This document shows, in pieces, positions 25,739-35,492 of a stretch of DNA of 39,296 nucleotides. The notes under the pieces are model-generated. The model searched no databases and was not told the DNA's origin. It saw only the letters and a program-made list of their open reading frames with translations. Numbering within the stretch: the first letter of the stretch is position 1; every line of letters begins with the position of its first letter. The stretch comes from a virus (taxonomy: Duplodnaviria; Caudoviricetes): IMG/VR virus record IMGVR_UViG_3300024187_000015, positions 1 to 39,296 of that record; one strand, 5' to 3'. Made by a program: the position numbers and the translations under genes.

Positions 25739-26622
25739 TGCCCGGCGATTGGGACAAGTCCGTCCACCCCGACCTGGCCGACGCGCCAGACGAGCAGCCG
25801 GCTGCGCCCGCGCGTCCTTCGCGGAGACGTTCGGGCGAGACGGGCGGAGCGTCCAGCACTCCACCCCCGCCCGTGGACGAGGCGACGTCCGACCTCCCTC
25901 CCGAGGCGCCCGACGTCGCCGAGTCCGAACCGACCGAGTCCGAGCCGCCCGACTGGTTCGCGGCGGTTCGTGAAGCAAAAGACCCGACCGAAGCGCTGCG
26001 CCTGCTGGCGAAGAACCTGCCGCGCGACCAGCTGGAGAAGGACGAGGTCGTGTCCGGTCTGATCGGTCAGATCGGCGACCGTCGTGCGCGCGACCTGCTG
26101 GCGAAGCAGGAGCGCGACCGTCAGGATGCGGCGAAGCTGGAGGCCGCGGCCAACAACGACCTGTACACCCTGGGTGAGATGACTCAGCGCGAGCTGCAGA
26201 CCCAGCTCGCGTCGCAGCAATCGGCCCAGGCCCTGGCGCCAGCCATGGACGCCATCGTGCTGTTTCAAAAAGACCTGCCCGAAACGATCCAGAAGGACGT
26301 CTCGGGTAAGGCGTTCGGGGTCGGCAAGACGCCGGCCGAGGGCATGGCAGAATACATGCGCTACATCGTCGACAAGGCAGTCGAGCTCGGCATCGGAAAG
26401 CGCGAGTCCGCACTGCGAAAGTCGATGTTGAGCGAGATGAACGGCGACGAACCCGTACCCGAGCGTGACTCTGGCACCCCCGGTCGCGTCCGCGAAGTGA
26501 CGGATGAGCAGATCGCCAATATGAGCCTTGCCGAATACGACGCGCTGTTCGACGAGAACGGCAGACCGAAACCAGGGGTGCGGCATCGATCGACTCGAGG
26601 CATCCCCGTTCACAGACAGTAG
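25738..26622 (+). CDS. Capsid scaffolding protein
   Basis: Acidic and helical, IANMSLAEYDA near the C-terminus, immediately before the major capsid gene. Confidence 0.7.
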   Translation: MPGDWDKSVHPDLADAPDEQPAAPARPSRRRSGETGGASSTPPPPVDEATSDLPPEAPDVAESEPTESEPPDWFAAVREAKDPTEALRLLAKNLPRDQLEKDEVVSGLIGQIGDRRARDLLAKQERDRQDAAKLEAAANNDLYTLGEMTQRELQTQLASQQSAQALAPAMDAIVLFQKDLPETIQKDVSGKAFGVGKTPAEGMAEYMRYIVDKAVELGIGKRESALRKSMLSEMNGDEPVPERDSGTPGRVREVTDEQIANMSLAEYDALFDENGRPKPGVRHRSTRGIPVHRQ

Positions 26623-26632
26623 GGGGTAGCCA

Positions 26633-27487
26633 GTGGCTACAGGTGCAACCGAGTTCGTCGACAAGACGATCTCTGACGGAGTGTTCTCGCCGGACATCTG
26701 GAGCAAGCAGGTCCTGCGCGCGACCGAAAGCAACCTGCTCTTCGCCAAGAGTGTCAACCGCGGCTTCGAAAACGACGCCAGCGTGGGCAAGACGGTCAAG
26801 GTCGCCAGCATTGGCAACCTGGCGGCTCGGGCGAAGACCGAGAACACCGCGATCGTCTACGAGACCGTCGCGGAAACGGCCACGACCATCACGCTGAACA
26901 TCTGGTCATACGCGGCGCTTGGCATCGAAGACATCATCAAGGTGCAGAGCATCGTCGATGTGCAGAATGAGTACCAGCAGAAGCTGGGCTACGCGCTGGC
27001 CAAGGACGTCGATACGAACCTGGCCACCGACGTCGCGGGTTTCACCCAGACCGTCGGCACCCTGGGCACGGCGTTGTCTGACGCCAACGTGCTGGCCGCG
27101 GTGCAGCTGCTGGATAACGCGGACTGCCCGCAGGACAACCGCTTCTTTCTCATGTCACCTGCTGAGAAGGTTGCCAAGCTGGCGCTGGATCGCTGGTCGA
27201 ACGCGCTGTACATCGGCAACAACTCGATGCCCGCCAAGTCGGGCATGCTCGGCGACATGTACGGACTCAACCTGGGCATCACCACCAACCTGGTCAAGCC
27301 CGCCGGCGGTCAGGCGAATAACTTCATCGGTCATCGCGAGGCCATCGCGCTGGTCATGCAGCGGACGCCGAAGTCGCACGTCTTCTACGACATCGACGTG
27401 TTCACCTGGAAGCTCGCGGTCGAGGAAATTTATGGGCACCAGATGATGCGGCCAACCTTTGGTGTCTGGGCGAAAGGCGCGGCGTAG
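26633..27487 (+). CDS. Major capsid protein (HK97 fold, P22-coat-like)
   Basis: PDIWSKQVL, GKTVKV, GYALAKDVD, LDNADCPQDNRF, G.LGDMYG, HREAIAL, IYG. Confidence 0.88.
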   Translation: MATGATEFVDKTISDGVFSPDIWSKQVLRATESNLLFAKSVNRGFENDASVGKTVKVASIGNLAARAKTENTAIVYETVAETATTITLNIWSYAALGIEDIIKVQSIVDVQNEYQQKLGYALAKDVDTNLATDVAGFTQTVGTLGTALSDANVLAAVQLLDNADCPQDNRFFLMSPAEKVAKLALDRWSNALYIGNNSMPAKSGMLGDMYGLNLGITTNLVKPAGGQANNFIGHREAIALVMQRTPKSHVFYDIDVFTWKLAVEEIYGHQMMRPTFGVWAKGAA

Positions 27488-28132
27488 ATGACGACGTCGG
27501 CGTCACCCCATACGGGTGAGACGTTCATCGACCGCATGGTCGAAAAGACCCTCGGTCGGACCGACATCACGCCCAAGCGCGGGCAGAACTACAACTACCC
27601 GCTGCGCTGGTACGCGACACCGAACGGCGACATCGTGCAGTTGCAGTCGGACCCGCAGAACCGCGCGCTGTATTCCGACCTGGGCTTTCACCTGCTGGCC
27701 ACCGTCGCCGCCCGCGGCGAAGACATGTCGGAGGTCGACGAGTGGGAGCGCATCGAGCGACCGAAGGTCATCGCCGAGCAGCGCAAGCGGGCCAAGTTGA
27801 TCAACGCGATCCGCAAGGCAGACCAGAAAGACCCGACGCTCGGGACGCTGATCGACATCGAGGGCATTGACGCGCAGTCAACCGAAGAGCTTGAGGCGAC
27901 GATTGTCGACATCCGCGCCAAGGGCGGAGTCGTGCGGGTGACCGAGCCGAAGTTCAGGGACGAGCCTGAGCCGTCGCTGCTGCGCGGTGTCGAGACTGCC
28001 GGAGCCAGCTCGCTCGAGGACCTGCAACGCAAGCTCGGCGCCGAAGGCGCGCAGGCGACGACCATCGAAGGCGCGATCCCGAACGGCGGGTACGACCCGA
28101 TCGACCAGTCGCGTCGAAGGAGCAGGACATGA
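27488..28132 (+). CDS. Hypothetical virion-region protein
   Basis: Adjacent to the capsid gene; typical codon usage. Confidence 0.75.
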   Translation: MTTSASPHTGETFIDRMVEKTLGRTDITPKRGQNYNYPLRWYATPNGDIVQLQSDPQNRALYSDLGFHLLATVAARGEDMSEVDEWERIERPKVIAEQRKRAKLINAIRKADQKDPTLGTLIDIEGIDAQSTEELEATIVDIRAKGGVVRVTEPKFRDEPEPSLLRGVETAGASSLEDLQRKLGAEGAQATTIEGAIPNGGYDPIDQSRRRSRT

Positions 28133-28425
28133 CCGAAACACCACCCGTCGACTTCATCGCCCAGGCCAACCTGGTCCACGAAAACGGACCGTACGTCACG
28201 CCGCCGAGCACGCTGTACTTCACCTTCCTGCGCACCGACGGCGATTCGTTCGTCGGCCCGGCGTCGCACGCCGAGCAGTACCTGCGGATGGGATACACCA
28301 TTACGGGCGAGCAGACCATCGACAATTTCGCCGCGTGGGTCGAGGAGCAGGGAGCCAAAGAAGCGCCGAAGGCGGCCGAGCCGACCGAGCAAGCGCATCC
28401 GCGGAGCAAGGGCAATGCCGCTTGA
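28129..28425 (+). CDS. Hypothetical protein
   Basis: RBS AGGAG/AGGAC; ATGA overlap. Confidence 0.75.
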   Translation: MTETPPVDFIAQANLVHENGPYVTPPSTLYFTFLRTDGDSFVGPASHAEQYLRMGYTITGEQTIDNFAAWVEEQGAKEAPKAAEPTEQAHPRSKGNAA

Positions 28426-28870
28426 TGGCGGCAGGATCGGCTCGCAGGTAGGCGCCGCGGCCGGGCTGTGGACGCACACGCCAGTCGACTGGCGCGGCAA
28501 CGAACCGCCAGGTGCGGCCAGACCTGGCGGTTGGCCGACTGACGCCGGCGCAGCGACGGCGGTCTTTCCGAATGGCTCGCCTCTGGGAGGCCAGGGTGCC
28601 CAGGCGGCGGCGATCACGGCGATTTCGGTGACGGCTATTACGGCGACCGGCGCGACCGTCAACTTCACGCTGTCGCAGCAAGCGTTGAACTGGATCGATT
28701 ACGGCACGACCCTGGCGTACGGCTCGCAGAACACGCAGGGATCGGGCACCGGCGCTCAGTCCAAGCCGATATCGGGGCTGGTGACCGCCACGCTGTACCA
28801 CTACCGCATCGCAGCGGTCGCCAACGGCATCACCACCTACTCGGCAGACGGAACATTCACGACCAGTTAG
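28415..28870 (+). CDS. Fibronectin type III domain protein (possible decoration protein)
   Basis: ITATGATVNFT...IDYGTT..YG...ISGLVTATLYHYRI...S.DGTFTT. Confidence 0.75.
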   Translation: MPLDGGRIGSQVGAAAGLWTHTPVDWRGNEPPGAARPGGWPTDAGAATAVFPNGSPLGGQGAQAAAITAISVTAITATGATVNFTLSQQALNWIDYGTTLAYGSQNTQGSGTGAQSKPISGLVTATLYHYRIAAVANGITTYSADGTFTTS

Positions 28871-28878
28871 GAGGCAGC

Positions 28879-29004
28879 ATGCGCGAGACACCCGATCCCA
28901 CTCCACCCCAGCCGGATCCAACTCCGCCGGTGCCGCCTGAACCAGAGGATGAGGGCGACGAAGTCGAGGTCGGCGATCCCGCGGAGGACGAGCCCGCGCA
29001 GTGA
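28879..29004 (+). CDS. 41-aa Pro/acidic peptide
   Basis: Perfect AGGAGG RBS; MRETPDPTPPQPDPTPPVPPEPEDEGDEVEVGDPAEDEPAQ*; GTGA coupling. Confidence 0.6.
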   Translation: MRETPDPTPPQPDPTPPVPPEPEDEGDEVEVGDPAEDEPAQ

Positions 29005-29450
29005 TCGACGAGCACGGCCGCACCGAGTACCTGAGCGTCAGCGCGGCGCATCGGGCTGACTGTGCCTTCGGCTCGGGCTTCTTTCGTCTGAGCTACGGGG
29101 CTGGTGTGCGCTACTGCCAGTCATGGGCCGAGGTTCAGACGGCGTGCCATCTGCTCGAGGGGGTCGTGCGCGACATTCGGATCGAGCGGGACGGCTACTG
29201 CCTGGACGGCGACCCGCTGATCGGCGACGCCAACACGCCAGATGTCGTCGACGGCGAGTGGTGGCTCGGCCTGCCGCGGACCGAAGGCATGCGCGAGCTG
29301 GGACTGACCAGCGACGCCGACTACGCCCGCGCGTACCGTGCCATCGAGGCGGCGTGCGGTCGGCGCGACAACCGCGCGTCGCAGGGCGGGGTGCGGGCCA
29401 GCATCGTCATCAAGCGGCCAGGCGCGAAAGTGACCGATGTCCACGTCTGA
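29001..29450 (+). CDS. Hypothetical protein
   Basis: Coupled start; several Cys/His. Confidence 0.7.
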   Translation: MIDEHGRTEYLSVSAAHRADCAFGSGFFRLSYGAGVRYCQSWAEVQTACHLLEGVVRDIRIERDGYCLDGDPLIGDANTPDVVDGEWWLGLPRTEGMRELGLTSDADYARAYRAIEAACGRRDNRASQGGVRASIVIKRPGAKVTDVHV

Positions 29451-29628
29451 TGTCTACACGCTGGTCAACGGGCAGCAGACCGACGGCACCTGGGTGCATA
29501 CCGGCAAACTGATCGTCAGTTGCAAGCTGCCGTCCGGCACGGTCGTGACGCTCACACTGCCCGACGACTGGCAGACGCTCAAGGCGCTCGTGCCGAACTC
29601 GCTCGAGGACCTGACCTACGGAGGTTAG
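29437..29628 (+). CDS. Hypothetical protein
   Basis: Tiles the operon; typical codon usage. Confidence 0.7.
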   Translation: MSTSDVYTLVNGQQTDGTWVHTGKLIVSCKLPSGTVVTLTLPDDWQTLKALVPNSLEDLTYGG

Positions 29629-29634
29629 TGGCTG

Positions 29635-30057
29635 ATGGCCAACGCGCTTTTCTCACCTGGCCGCGAGGGATTCCTCCTCGGCGAAATCGACTATGACACC
29701 GCGGTCATCAAGGTCGCGCTGGTTCGGTCCTACACGTTCAGCGCGTCGCACAAGTTCGTCTCGGACGTGACCGGCGCCAGCGGCGTGCTGCACGCGACCT
29801 CCGCCGCCCTGGCGTCGAAGACGGGCACCAGCGGCACCGCGGACGCGGCCGACATCACTTTCACGGCGCCGGCGGCCAACGCGTCGGGGCATAGCCTGCT
29901 GTACTTCCAGAGCTCCGCGGTCACCGGCGGTGCGGACGTCGCGGCGTCGGCGCAGCGCCTGATTGCCTGGGTGGACACGGGCACGGGGCTACCGGTCACG
30001 CCGAACGGCGCCGACATCAACGTCGTCTTCAACGCGTCCGGGCTCTTCACGCTTTAG
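29635..30057 (+). CDS. Conserved phage structural (minor tail/fibre-associated) protein
   Basis: MAN.LF...IKVALV...DAADITF...LPVTPNGADI.V.FNASGLFTL; RBS GGAGG. Confidence 0.75.
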   Translation: MANALFSPGREGFLLGEIDYDTAVIKVALVRSYTFSASHKFVSDVTGASGVLHATSAALASKTGTSGTADAADITFTAPAANASGHSLLYFQSSAVTGGADVAASAQRLIAWVDTGTGLPVTPNGADINVVFNASGLFTL

Positions 30058-30070
30058 CTGATCGCTCCAG

Positions 30071-31339
30071 GTGACCAGTCCGACCATCCCAGCCGGCACT
30101 GCTGGGATGCAGACGGTGCCCGGCGCCAACGGCACGTCGTTTGTCCCGAGCAAGCCAGTCGGCACCGCCGCGGGCGATCTGCTGGTCGCCATCTTCTACG
30201 TCGACGCCAACGTCACGACGATGCCCACCGGGTTCACCAACCTGTACGCGGTGAACCCGTCGGGCGCGATGCGTCTGCGAGTCGATTGGAAGATTGCCGA
30301 CGGCACCGAGGGCACGACGCTGACGTGGTCGTGGACGGGCTCCGTCTGGCGCGTCGGCGCGCTGCTGCGGATCACCGGCGCGCAAACCTCGGGCACGCCC
30401 TACGAGAACAACAACTCGGCGCAGAACACGACCAGCGTCGCCAGCACCAACTCGAGTCTGCCCAGCGTCGCGCTGACCGGCGCGGCCAGCGTCGACGACC
30501 TGGCGATTCTGGCAACGGCGGTCACCAACGACAACGCCCCGACGTGGACCGCGCCGTCGACCTGGACGATCCAGTGGAATAGCGGCGACGACGTTGGCAT
30601 CGCCAAGCAGACGCTCGCATCAGGTGCCGCCGCACCGACGTCGACGCACGTCACCATCTCGGATAGCAACGCGGTCGCGGGCCCTGGCGCGAGTGTCATC
30701 CTGGCGATCAAGTCGCCATCCGGTGGCGGCGGCGCGCAGACCGTCACTCCGAATGCCATCGCGACGGCGGAGTCGGTGTTCGGTCCGATTGTCAATCTGC
30801 AGGTCCTGCCGAACGCGATAGGCACGGCGCAGGCGGTCGCGCAGCCAACCCTCACGCTGCAGGTCCTGCCTGGCGCGATTGCGACGGCCGAGTCGGTGTA
30901 CGCGCCGGTGGTCACCCTCAGCGGCGGCGCACAGTCGGTCATTCCCAACGCGATCGCTACCGCGGAGAGCGTCTTTGGCCCGACGCTGACCCAGCAGGTC
31001 CTGCCGGATGCCATCGCGACCGCGGCGCAGGTGCACGCGCCGATGGTCATGCTGGTCACGCCGCAGACCGTCAACCCGAATGCCATCGGCACCGCCGAGC
31101 AGGTCTACGCACCACTCTTCGTCGGCTTCACCGCGCCAGACATCCAGCCGGCTGCAATCCCGTCCGCCGAGCTGGTGTACGCACCCACCGTCAGCGTGGT
31201 GCCGCGGTCCATCGCGCCGCCACTCCTCACCGGGCCCGCGCTCGAGGCTCCCGACCTGATCCTGGCGATGGCCAGCGGAGCGCCGGCACTGGTCGCGGGA
31301 CCAGCGTCTGGAGCACCGCCCCTGGTGTTAGTACCGTAA
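30071..31339 (+). CDS. Fibre-like structural protein: beta-sandwich head plus 7 tandem repeats
   Basis: P.GTAAGDLLVA domain; repeats V.PNAIATAESVFGP.V. Confidence 0.7.
   Translation: MTSPTIPAGTAGMQTVPGANGTSFVPSKPVGTAAGDLLVAIFYVDANVTTMPTGFTNLYAVNPSGAMRLRVDWKIADGTEGTTLTWSWTGSVWRVGALLRITGAQTSGTPYENNNSAQNTTSVASTNSSLPSVALTGAASVDDLAILATAVTNDNAPTWTAPSTWTIQWNSGDDVGIAKQTLASGAAAPTSTHVTISDSNAVAGPGASVILAIKSPSGGGGAQTVTPNAIATAESVFGPIVNLQVLPNAIGTAQAVAQPTLTLQVLPGAIATAESVYAPVVTLSGGAQSVIPNAIATAESVFGPTLTQQVLPDAIATAAQVHAPMVMLVTPQTVNPNAIGTAEQVYAPLFVGFTAPDIQPAAIPSAELVYAPTVSVVPRSIAPPLLTGPALEAPDLILAMASGAPALVAGPASGAPPLVLVP
30733..31200 (+). repeat. Seven 20-25 aa tandem coding repeats
   Basis: PNAIATAESVFGP / PNAIGTAQAVAQP / PGAIATAESVYAP / PNAIATAESVFGP / PDAIATAAQVHAP / PNAIGTAEQVYAP / PAAIPSAELVYAP. 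Confidence 0.85.
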
Positions 31340-31352
31340 GGAGCATTCGAGC

Positions 31353-32378
31353 ATGCCCACGCTTCAGGAGTACCGCTCAACGTTCGCGCAGGAAGCTGGT
31401 CCGTTCATTGGGCCCGAGTCGTACGAGGTGCGAGCGATGGGCGGCTCGGACCTGACCAAGCTGGTTTGCACGATCTACCCGATCCAGTCGGGCATCCCGC
31501 AGCAGGACACGCTGATTGACCGTCCGCTGTACCGCCCGAACGCGACGCAGCAGACCGACCGCAATCGCTACGTGATGAGCTACGACCCGTCGACCGGGAC
31601 GATCACGCCCGATATCGAGTGGGCGGTTGCTCCGTATTCGGACGTCGCGGGTACCACGTATGGATTCCTGGAAGCCTTCACCTATCACGACATGGAGCAG
31701 TACGAATACGTCGACCTGGAAGGCTCGGGTATCAACGGGATCGGCGAGCGATTCGAGATCCTGGGGCCGTTCGACGCACCAACCACCACCCGACTGCTCA
31801 ACGAAGGGCTGCGCCACTGCTGGCTGGTGGTCGAGGTCGCCTGCATTCCGACGATCGAAACGACCAGGCACGATCTGAGCGTGGCCGCGCCGTGGCTGAT
31901 CGATGCGGGCGACGTGCTCCAGGTCGGGCTGCTGGCCAACGGTGAGGACCGCAACCTGCAAGACCCGTTCGAGCGGCGCATCTATGGGCGTGTCGAGCGT
32001 GACGGCGGAACCTTCTACTTGCAGACGGGCTCGATGACCTTCAGCACGGGGGATCTGATCTTCCTGCGCTGCCTCAAGCGGGGGTATGACCACTGTCGCG
32101 GCGCGGGCGGCAACTTCGGCGACCAGCAGGGCCTGCTGCTCGAGACGGACGAGGCGCCGATCGAACGCGGCTGGGCCGCCGCCGCGGCACTGGTTGCCGG
32201 CTGGCGGCAGTTCGGCCACCTGCTTGAGCCGGCGGCGAACCAGCGGCTGATCCGCGACCAGGCCAGCGCGGTGGCGGCGTTCAACGACCTGGTGCGCGAG
32301 CACCTGGTGGCAGACATGCCCCAGAAGAAGCTGTACCGCCCGCGCACGTTCGGGCCCGCGGTCAGGATGGCCGGATGA
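31353..32378 (+). CDS. Putative head-tail adaptor (tail tubular A-like)
   Basis: MPTLQEYR start, LLNEGLR motif, position before the nozzle-like gene; RBS AAGGAG. Confidence 0.55.
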   Translation: MPTLQEYRSTFAQEAGPFIGPESYEVRAMGGSDLTKLVCTIYPIQSGIPQQDTLIDRPLYRPNATQQTDRNRYVMSYDPSTGTITPDIEWAVAPYSDVAGTTYGFLEAFTYHDMEQYEYVDLEGSGINGIGERFEILGPFDAPTTTRLLNEGLRHCWLVVEVACIPTIETTRHDLSVAAPWLIDAGDVLQVGLLANGEDRNLQDPFERRIYGRVERDGGTFYLQTGSMTFSTGDLIFLRCLKRGYDHCRGAGGNFGDQQGLLLETDEAPIERGWAAAAALVAGWRQFGHLLEPAANQRLIRDQASAVAAFNDLVREHLVADMPQKKLYRPRTFGPAVRMAG

Positions 32379-34330
32379 GTCTGTACGCGAAGCGGCGGCC
32401 GTGGCCGTACCACGTCGTCATTTCAGGCACGGGATTCATGCTCGGCTCGCCGCAGCCGGGGCAGCCGGCGCTCGTGTCGGTCGAGACCCAGAGCATCAAT
32501 CAGGTCGCGCCGCCGGACTATTCGTACGCGGGCGCCAATCCGACCAACGACCGCGAAGAGCCGTTCCAGCAGATGACGCTGGGCCTGGGCCTGGCGATTC
32601 AGGAGAAGTGGGACGACCAGCGATACGTCGCCGCGAACGCGGTCGACCTGTCCGTCTGGCCGTGGTGCCTCGGTCCGGAGATCGGTACCGTCACGCCCGC
32701 GGGCGTCGACACGGTGCACGGCATCAACCGCTTCTTCGAGCTCGGCAACAGCCTGTACGCGGCCAATGGCACCAACGTTCTGAAAAAGGCGGCGGGGACC
32801 ACCGACACCTGGTCGGTCGTGCATACCTTCGCGGCGCCCATCCTGGACGTGTGCGTCTTCACGTCGAACTTCGACGGCGTGCAGCGGGCGTTTTTCGCGC
32901 TGCAGGGAGTGGTCGCGGCATGGACGTCGGACGGCGCGGCGTACACCGCGATGGCGACGTTCACGGCGCTGGCGTTCACGGTGATCGCCAAAGAGTTCTG
33001 GTGGGCGGACGACACCAACCGCCTCAGGAAGCTGGACACCAACGCCGACCCGACCAACGAGGCCAACTACACCTCGTTGATTTTCAGAGCGGGCGATAAG
33101 TCGTCGGCGATCGTGTCGCTGCTGGTGACCAGTGGCGGCACGTTGATCGTGGCCAAGACCGACGGGTGCTACACGCTGGACGCCTCGGGCACCGATCACG
33201 AGCTGTTTCCGTTCCTGCGCTACGCCGACACGGCGACCAACGGGCGGGCCTGGGGCACGTTCGAAAACGGGCTGTTCGTGGCCTACGGCAACTCGTTGGG
33301 ACGCATCGACCCGGACCTGTCGTGGACGTCGGTCGGGCCGGACGACCTGAGCGGCAATACGGGCACCGTGACCGGTCAGGTCACGGCCTTCGCCGGGGTC
33401 GAGTCGATGTTCGCCTACGCGGCGCTGCTGGACCGTGATACGAACACGTCGTATCTGTGCAAGTTCGGCGCGTGGGTCGCGATGGGCGTGCGCGGACCGC
33501 GGCAGTCGACGCTGGTCACCGCGCTGGGCTCGCAGGGCACGGGCGAGCCGGTGCACATCGACGCCTGGCACGGCTCGGTCAGTATCCCGTTCGTCAGTCG
33601 CGCGATCCAGGCGCTGTTCGTCTCGCAGGTCGGCTCGCCTGTGGCCGGTCACACGCGGACGTACATCGGCTTTTCGGACGGCTCGATCGGCTGGATGCTG
33701 AATTCCTGCACGCCAAATCCCGCGGGTTGCGCCGACTACCCGTACTTCGTCGGCGACGGCTGGGTCGACCTGCCGCTGTGGCATGGCGGCTACCACGCCA
33801 GCCCAAAGAGCCTGCGGCACTTCAGCGTGACGGGCCCGAAGATCGACGCGAACGACTACGTCACGCTCGAGTACAAGCTGGACCCGACGTCGAGCACGCC
33901 GTTCACCTCGCTGGCGCACCAGTTCAATAGCGGGGTGTACGACCGCTTCAAGTTCCCGGTGGATGCGGCGTGCACGCTGGCGGCGCTGCGCGTGCACCTG
34001 CACAACACGATGCGCACCAGCTCGCCGCAGGTGTCGGCCGTCAGCCTGGGGCATGCGTTGCGCCCGCCGCGGGTGATGGAGTTTCAGGCGGACATCCTGT
34101 GTGCTGACGGCCTGGTCCGCCGTGACGGCGTGCCGATCAGGATCGGTCGCACGCAGATCCAGAAACTGATCGAAGCCGCGGTCGATACGCCTGGCGCGGT
34201 CACGGTCATCCTGCCGGACGAGTCGACGCAGCAATTGTCGTTTACCGAATATTCGTTACTGCAGAGCTTCGACGAGATTGGGCGTCAGTGGCGCGGGTCA
34301 CTGCGTATCAAAGCGGTCCAATGGACTTGA
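32375..34330 (+). CDS. Putative tail nozzle/stabilisation protein (beta-propeller, tail tubular B-like)
   Basis: 651 aa, beta-rich blade-like repeats, K.LRHFSV near the C-terminus; position. Confidence 0.6.
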   Translation: MSLYAKRRPWPYHVVISGTGFMLGSPQPGQPALVSVETQSINQVAPPDYSYAGANPTNDREEPFQQMTLGLGLAIQEKWDDQRYVAANAVDLSVWPWCLGPEIGTVTPAGVDTVHGINRFFELGNSLYAANGTNVLKKAAGTTDTWSVVHTFAAPILDVCVFTSNFDGVQRAFFALQGVVAAWTSDGAAYTAMATFTALAFTVIAKEFWWADDTNRLRKLDTNADPTNEANYTSLIFRAGDKSSAIVSLLVTSGGTLIVAKTDGCYTLDASGTDHELFPFLRYADTATNGRAWGTFENGLFVAYGNSLGRIDPDLSWTSVGPDDLSGNTGTVTGQVTAFAGVESMFAYAALLDRDTNTSYLCKFGAWVAMGVRGPRQSTLVTALGSQGTGEPVHIDAWHGSVSIPFVSRAIQALFVSQVGSPVAGHTRTYIGFSDGSIGWMLNSCTPNPAGCADYPYFVGDGWVDLPLWHGGYHASPKSLRHFSVTGPKIDANDYVTLEYKLDPTSSTPFTSLAHQFNSGVYDRFKFPVDAACTLAALRVHLHNTMRTSSPQVSAVSLGHALRPPRVMEFQADILCADGLVRRDGVPIRIGRTQIQKLIEAAVDTPGAVTVILPDESTQQLSFTEYSLLQSFDEIGRQWRGSLRIKAVQWT

Positions 34331-34343
34331 GGAGGTTGGGTTA

Positions 34344-35492
34344 GTGGCTCGAACAAACGCGACAAACTTCAGCGGCGGTCTGCAGTTTCCGTATGCCACT
34401 GCCGCCAACGACATTTTCAAAAAAGAAGACGTCCAGGTCCTGGCGCAGGCGGTCGATCAGCATACGCATGCGCCTGGTCTGGGCCATGCCCTGGCGGCCA
34501 GTGCGATTCCGAATGGCACGATCACGTCGGCCATGATCGCCGACGGGACGATCGCGACAGCGGACCTGGCTGATGGCTCGGTGACGACCGCCAAACATGC
34601 CGACGCCAGCGTCACCAATGCCAAACTGGCCAGTGACGTTGGGCGGGCCAACCTGCTGACCAATGGTGGCTTCGAGAACTGGCAGCGCGGCAATGGGCCG
34701 TTCGCGACGAACGGTGGCTTCTGTGCCGATCGGTGGGCGCTCAGCATCGCCGGCACCGACACCCTCAGCGTGTCGATGAATGCGGCCAACTGGGATGTCG
34801 CCTCGGTGAGGTCCGCTGCCTGTACGTTCGTTCTGGGCAGCGGCGCCGGACAGACCTGCCTCCTGCAGATACCGATCAGGACTCAGGACGGCAACATCGC
34901 GGTGGCCGGAAAGACGATCAGCCTGAGCGTGCGGGTGAAGGCCAGCACGGCGAATGCGGTGCGCGTGGCGATCTTCGACGGGACTGCTTCACTCAACACC
35001 TACTCGGCGTTTCACACCGGCGACGGCACCTACCAGTCCCTCACCGCGACGTACGCCGTTCCCTCCAATAATGCCACCATTCAGGTCGTGGTCTATTTCG
35101 CCGCCAGTTGCACGGCGTATCTCGACAACGCCATGCTGGTGGTCGGCTCGCAGCCGTGTGACTACGTGCCCATGCACCCGGCCGACGACCTGGCGCGGTG
35201 CCTGCGGTACTACGAGGTCCTGGGCGAGACTTCAGGTGAGATTTCCCTGACGTCGTATGCGGGCGCGGCCAGCGCTCCCTTTGACTGGACGTTGCCATAC
35301 AAGGCGCGTAAAGCCGTAACCCCAACAGTTACCAAGAACGGGACCTGGTCGCTGGCCAACGCGAGCCAACCCGCGCTAAATGGATCAGGAGTCGGCTCAG
35401 TGGTTGTACGTGTGACTGGTACTGCTACTGGGACCGTGTCAGCGGTGAATACTGCCGCGGGCACAAACATTACGGTTGAGGCGAATCCATGA
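34344..35492 (+). CDS. Tail fibre/receptor-binding protein with carbohydrate-binding-like domain
   Basis: GTG 34344 after GAGGAGG; I.DG.I...D.A repeats; NLLTNGGFENWQRG...DDLARCLRYYE. Confidence 0.8.
   Translation: MARTNATNFSGGLQFPYATAANDIFKKEDVQVLAQAVDQHTHAPGLGHALAASAIPNGTITSAMIADGTIATADLADGSVTTAKHADASVTNAKLASDVGRANLLTNGGFENWQRGNGPFATNGGFCADRWALSIAGTDTLSVSMNAANWDVASVRSAACTFVLGSGAGQTCLLQIPIRTQDGNIAVAGKTISLSVRVKASTANAVRVAIFDGTASLNTYSAFHTGDGTYQSLTATYAVPSNNATIQVVVYFAASCTAYLDNAMLVVGSQPCDYVPMHPADDLARCLRYYEVLGETSGEISLTSYAGAASAPFDWTLPYKARKAVTPTVTKNGTWSLANASQPALNGSGVGSVVVRVTGTATGTVSAVNTAAGTNITVEANP

Noticed and set aside
34344-35492. Diversity-generating retroelement targeting the tail fibre
   Set aside because: No reverse transcriptase and no template/variable repeat pair seen.
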